A stretch of 64,000 bases of DNA. Origin: an uncultured Thermoleophilia bacterium. Its GTDB lineage: Bacteria; Actinomycetota; Thermoleophilia; Gaiellales; Gaiellaceae. Both the position numbers and the translations under genes were made by a program. Below, one piece after another: positions 60,479 through 64,000 of this stretch (position 1 is the stretch's first letter; each line of letters starts with the position of its first letter). The notes beneath the pieces were generated by a model that made no database searches, was not told the origin of the DNA, and was given only the letters and a program-made list of their open reading frames with translations. Location: NCBI GenBank assembly GCA_963823265.1, contig CAWGLA010000011.1, positions 57,877-121,876 on the forward strand. Direction: 5' to 3'.

Positions 60479-61348
60479 CCATGAGGGTCGGGCTCCAGCT
60501 CCCCGAGGTGGAGCGGGTCGTGCGCCGCGACGAGCTCGCCGCGATGGCCCGCGCGGCGGAGGAGTGCGGCTTCGACTCGGTGTGGGTCGGCGACCATCTC
60601 CTCTATCGAGGGGACGGCCGCCCCGAGCGGGGCCCGTGGGACTGCTGGACGACGCTCGCGTGGCTGGCCGGTGTCACCAATCGTGTCGCGCTCGGGCCGC
60701 TCGTCGCCTGCACGGCGTTCCATCCGCCCGGCATCCTTGCGCGTCAGGTCGCTGCGATCGACGAGCTGAGCGGCGGCCGGTTCGTCGCCGCGCTCGGCGC
60801 CGGCTGGAACCAGGAGGAGTTCCGCGCCTTCGGCGTGCCGTTCGATCACCACGTCTCCCGGTTCGAGGAGGCGTTCACGATCGTGCGGCGGCTGCTCGAC
60901 GGGGAGCACGTCACGTTCGAAGGACGCTTTCACACCGTGCGCGATGCAGTGCTGCTGCCGCCGCCGCTGCGGCGGCCGAAGCTGATGATCGGCGCGAACG
61001 CACCCCGGATGCTCTCGATCGCGCTGCCTCACGTCGACGCGTGGAACACGTGGTACACGCACTACGGCAACACGCCCGAGGGATTCGCGCGCCGCAACGC
61101 GCGAGATCACGAGCGCTGCGGAGCGCGCCGGGCGCGACCCGGCGCAGATCGCGCGCAGCGCCTGCGTGCTCGTCGAGGTCGAGCCGGCGGGCGAGCGGCC
61201 GCGCGACGTCGAAGCGGTGCCGGCCGGCCGGCTCCGCGATCACCTCCGCGCGCTGAGCGAGGCCGGAGCGGACGAGGCGATCCTCGTCCTCGACCCGATC
61301 ACCGAGTCGTCGATCCGGACGCTGGTGTCAGACACTCTTGGTGTCTGA
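60475..61348 (+). pseudogene. luciferase-like (LLM class, probably F420-dependent) oxidoreductase, single frameshift
   Basis: ...GFDSVWVGDHLLY...FVAALGAGWNQEEFRAFGVPFDHHVSRFEEAFTIVRRLL... runs up to ...GFARRNA. After a switch near 61090-61100 the protein continues EITSAAERAGRDPAQIARSACVLVEV... The length is 3n+1. The last 8 codons and the stop lie inside the palindromic repeat. Confidence 0.75.
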
Positions 61349-61352
61349 CACC
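61324..61352. repeat. tandem 13-bp palindrome / 12-bp hairpin (GGTGTCAGACAC tcttg GTGTCTGACACC)
   Basis: Read directly from the sequence. It contains the stop codons of both convergent genes (TGA at 61346-61348 on the plus strand, TGA at 61328-61330 on the minus strand). Confidence 0.6.
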
Positions 61353-63193
61353 TGTTCGAAGAGCGACTCCCACCGTTCGAGCAGCGCCTCGAGATCCTCG
61401 CGCGCCTCGCGGTGCGCGGCGAGCAGGTCGTGGTCGCCCCAGTCGGCCGCGAGCTTCTGCTCGAGCTCGGCGACCCGGGCCTCGGCACGGGCGACCTCCT
61501 GCTCGACGAGCTCGAGGGCGGTGGGCTTCGCCTTCTCCGGGCGCTTCGGCTTCTCACGCTTCGGCTTCGGGGCCGGCGCGGGCGCGGCGTCGGCCTCCTG
61601 CGCGCGCGCGTAATCCGCCCAGCCGCCGGGATACGACGCGATCCGGCGGTCTTCCACCGCGAGCAGGCGGCCGGCCACGGCGTCGAGGAGCGCGCGATCA
61701 TGCGAGACCAGCAGGACGGTGCCCGGGAACGCCTCGAGTGCACCCTCGAGGGCCTCGCGGGATTCGAGGTCGAGGTGGTTCGTCGGCTCGTCGAGCACGA
61801 GCAGGTTGGCGCCCGATGCGACGGTGATCGCGAGCGCGAGCCGGCGGCGTTCTCCACCGGAGAGGACAGCGGCCGGCTTCTCGTGCTCGTCCCAGCCCGA
61901 GAAGAGGAACTTGCCGAGCAGGGACTGGGCCTCCGGCCGCTTGAGGCCGGTGCCCGACATCGCGGCGTCGAGCACCGAGCCCCGCTCGTCGAGCTCCGCC
62001 TCGTGCTGAGAGAAATACGCCGCCTCGACGCCGTGGCCGAGCCGCACCGTCCCGGCTGCCGGGCTGCGCAGGCCGAGGATCGTCTCGAGCAGCGTCGTCT
62101 TGCCGGAGCCGTTCGGCCCGACGAGCGCAACGTGCTCGCCGCGCTCGATCGCGAACGAGGCCCCGTCCAGGAGCTGCTTCTCGCCCGCCCGCAGCGTCAC
62201 GTTCTCCACGACCACGACGTCTCGGCCCGACCGCGCCGGCTTCAGGAACTCGAAGCCGAGCGTTCGGCGCTTGTCGTCGGGAGCGTGCACTCGCACCGCC
62301 TCGAGCTTCTTGATCTGCTTGATCTTCATCTGAGCCTGGCGGGCCTTGCTCGCCTTGTAACGGAAGCGCTCGACGAAGCGTTCGAGCCGTTCGATCTGCT
62401 CGGCCTGCCGCACGGCGGTCTTCGCCTGGTGGATCTGACGCGCCGCCTGCTCGCGGCGCCACACGTGCCAGGCGCCGGGGAAGTAGACGGACTTGCCGCC
62501 TTCCAGCTCCAGCACCGCCGTCGTCACCGCCTCGAGGAACCACCGGTCGTGCGCGACGAGGATGACGGCGGCGTCGAGCGTCTCGAGCAGTTTCTCCAGC
62601 CACTCGAGCGATTCGATGTCGAGGTGGTTCGTCGGCTCGTCGAGCAACAGGAGATCGGGCTGCGACGCGAGCGCACGGGCGAGCGACGCGCGGGTCAGCT
62701 CTCCTCCCGAGAACGTCGAGAGTGGACGGTTCAGGTCGGCATCCGTGAAGCCGAGACCACGCACGAACGACGCCGCCCGGTCGCGCCAGTCGTAGCCGCC
62801 CGCATGCTCGAGCTTCGCCTGGGCCGCGGAGTAGCGGCGCATCGTCGCCGCGTCGTGTGTGCCCGAAGCCATCGACTCCTCGAGCGTTCGCAGCTGCGCC
62901 TCCACGGCCGCGAGATCGGAAGTGCCTGCGAGGGCGTAGGCGCGCAGCAGCTGCCTGCTCTGCGCCGGCGGGCGCTGATCGTGCAGCGCGATCCGGGTCC
63001 CCTTGGAGAGCGCGAGCTCTCCTCCCTCGAGCGACACCTCGCCCGCCAGCGCCCGTAGCAGGGTCGTCTTGCCGGCTCCGTTCGGGCCGGCCAGCGCCAG
63101 CCGGTCGCCCCGTTCGACCTTGAACGAGACACCGTCGAAGAGAACGCTGCCCGAGAGCTCCTTGCGGAGGGACGATGCGATGACGACTGCCAT
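61328..63193 (-). CDS. ABC-F family ATPase (Uup/YheS-like)
   Basis: 621 aa. There are two ABC cassettes (GPNGAGKTT and GPNGSGKTT, with LSGGE signatures) and a C-terminal coiled-coil tail. Confidence 0.88.
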   Translation of the reverse strand: MAVVIASSLRKELSGSVLFDGVSFKVERGDRLALAGPNGAGKTTLLRALAGEVSLEGGELALSKGTRIALHDQRPPAQSRQLLRAYALAGTSDLAAVEAQLRTLEESMASGTHDAATMRRYSAAQAKLEHAGGYDWRDRAASFVRGLGFTDADLNRPLSTFSGGELTRASLARALASQPDLLLLDEPTNHLDIESLEWLEKLLETLDAAVILVAHDRWFLEAVTTAVLELEGGKSVYFPGAWHVWRREQAARQIHQAKTAVRQAEQIERLERFVERFRYKASKARQAQMKIKQIKKLEAVRVHAPDDKRRTLGFEFLKPARSGRDVVVVENVTLRAGEKQLLDGASFAIERGEHVALVGPNGSGKTTLLETILGLRSPAAGTVRLGHGVEAAYFSQHEAELDERGSVLDAAMSGTGLKRPEAQSLLGKFLFSGWDEHEKPAAVLSGGERRRLALAITVASGANLLVLDEPTNHLDLESREALEGALEAFPGTVLLVSHDRALLDAVAGRLLAVEDRRIASYPGGWADYARAQEADAAPAPAPKPKREKPKRPEKAKPTALELVEQEVARAEARVAELEQKLAADWGDHDLLAAHREAREDLEALLERWESLFEQVSDTKSV

Positions 63194-63212
63194 GGCCTGA
63201 AACTATCTAGAC

Positions 63213-64000
63213 GTGCGCCTCGGCCTGACAGCCCGCATCCTGATCGGCGGCGGAATCGTCGCCCTCGTCTTCCTCGTTCAGCTCGTGCTGACGACCGGTT
63301 CCTTCAGGTCGATCCGCCACGACACACGGCAGGAGCAGCGCGCCGACGCGTCGGTGGTCGCCGCGCTGGGGGTCGAGAACTCGATCCTCGGCCTTCAGAC
63401 CGGGCTGCGCGGCTACGTGATCACCTCGGACAGCCGGTTCCTGCAGCCCTACGTCCAGGCGCGGCGGGACCTGCCGGCCCAGTCGACGCAGCTGATGACC
63501 CTCGCGCCCGGCGCCTGGTCGACGGAGCTCGACCGCGAGTGGCGCTCCTACGTCCGCGACTGGGCGGTGCCGTTGATCGCCCTCACGGAGCGCTCGCCGG
63601 CCCAGGCCAGGTCGAGGATCCAGAGCGCCGGCAGCGAGCAGCGCGTCGATCGGATGCGCGCCCTGATCGACCCGTTCGTCATCCGTGCGGACGCGGCCGC
63701 CGAGCGAGACCGCGCGCGCGTCGCACACGCGGTCGACTCCGGCGTCAGCGTCGGCATTCTCGGCGCCGTGCTGCGCGCGCTCGTCTTCATCGCGATCATC
63801 GCCTATCTCCTTCGCTTCGCCGTCACGCCGATTCGGCGGATCGCGACGGCGACGGAGCGAGTTGCGGGCGGCGATCTCGACGTGACGGTGCCGGAGCAGG
63901 GCCCGGGCGAGATCGGCCGGCTCGCCCGCTCGTTCAACGAGATGGCGCAGTCGCTCGTCCGCCAGCGACGGGACCTCGCGACCCAGAACGTCGACCTCGA
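63213..64000 (+). CDS. CHASE3/HAMP-domain sensor protein, N-terminal part (3' end outside window)
   Basis: GTG start. The frame is open to the window end and is not in the ORF track. It has TM1 (ILIGGGIVALVFLVQLVL), a CHASE3-like region (...ILGLQTGLRGYVITSDSRFLQPY...), TM2 and a HAMP domain (PIRRIATATERVAGGDLDVTVPEQGPGEIGRLARSFNEMAQSL). Confidence 0.7.
   Translation, partial: MRLGLTARILIGGGIVALVFLVQLVLTTGSFRSIRHDTRQEQRADASVVAALGVENSILGLQTGLRGYVITSDSRFLQPYVQARRDLPAQSTQLMTLAPGAWSTELDREWRSYVRDWAVPLIALTERSPAQARSRIQSAGSEQRVDRMRALIDPFVIRADAAAERDRARVAHAVDSGVSVGILGAVLRALVFIAIIAYLLRFAVTPIRRIATATERVAGGDLDVTVPEQGPGEIGRLARSFNEMAQSLVRQRRDLATQNVDL

Overview
Very GC-rich chromosomal segment of actinobacterial type. 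G+C was judged by eye, not computed. The taxon guess (a deep-branching Actinobacteria lineage such as Thermoleophilia or Rubrobacteria) is inference only. The content is mostly housekeeping genes. No rRNA, tRNA, CRISPR array, transposase or prophage was seen. Gene map, left to right:
- GNAT fragment, diheme cytochrome c, STAS protein, TPR protein, amidohydrolase, tatC-tatA.
- A split suf system: sufC-sufB-VOC-sufD, then NRAMP, DUF480 and ettA, then sufS-sufU-Rieske.
- tag, an unassigned structured RNA-like region, GNAT, a membrane adenylate cyclase, and the operon marR-dcd-NmrA-like.
- glgP, then a maltodextrin-type locus: secreted GH13, msiK/malK-like ATPase, cytoplasmic GH13, malG-, malF- and malE-like genes.
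- gabT and a Ser/Thr kinase.
- The actinobacterial division/wall cluster fhaA-fhaB-pstP-rodA-pbpA-pknB-ddl, then a third kinase fused to a polytopic membrane domain.
- DUF4446, HNH, rhodanese, SIMPL, glnII, czcD, ppa, an ABC-2 exporter plus GNAT, glnA, membrane proteins, pdtaS, hxlR, VOC, pdtaR, clpS, a luciferase-like (LLM) oxidoreductase, an ABC-F ATPase and a CHASE3/HAMP sensor fragment.

Most notable observations:
1. dcd carries a 343-aa LAGLIDADG intein. Its first residue is Ala, and it has the Trp/Cys/Thr triad typical of class 3 inteins.
2. A block of about 12 kb (about 22.3-34.4 kb) is saturated with reading-frame breaks, while roughly 15 kb further on (about 36.4-51.6 kb) is intact. 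Single lesions are scattered through other conserved genes. Several lesions map to G/C homopolymers, so assembly error is the leading explanation.
3. A tandem 13-bp palindrome, GGTGTCWGACACC, occurs three times. One copy is in frame inside sufD. One forms the overlapping 3' ends of two convergent genes.
4. An unassigned structured RNA candidate with an intrinsic terminator lies downstream of tag.
5. A 59-codon ORF that is absent from the ORF track lies divergent from marR.

I did not find a clear, self-contained novel multi-gene system. All family names are my own motif recognition and need database confirmation.
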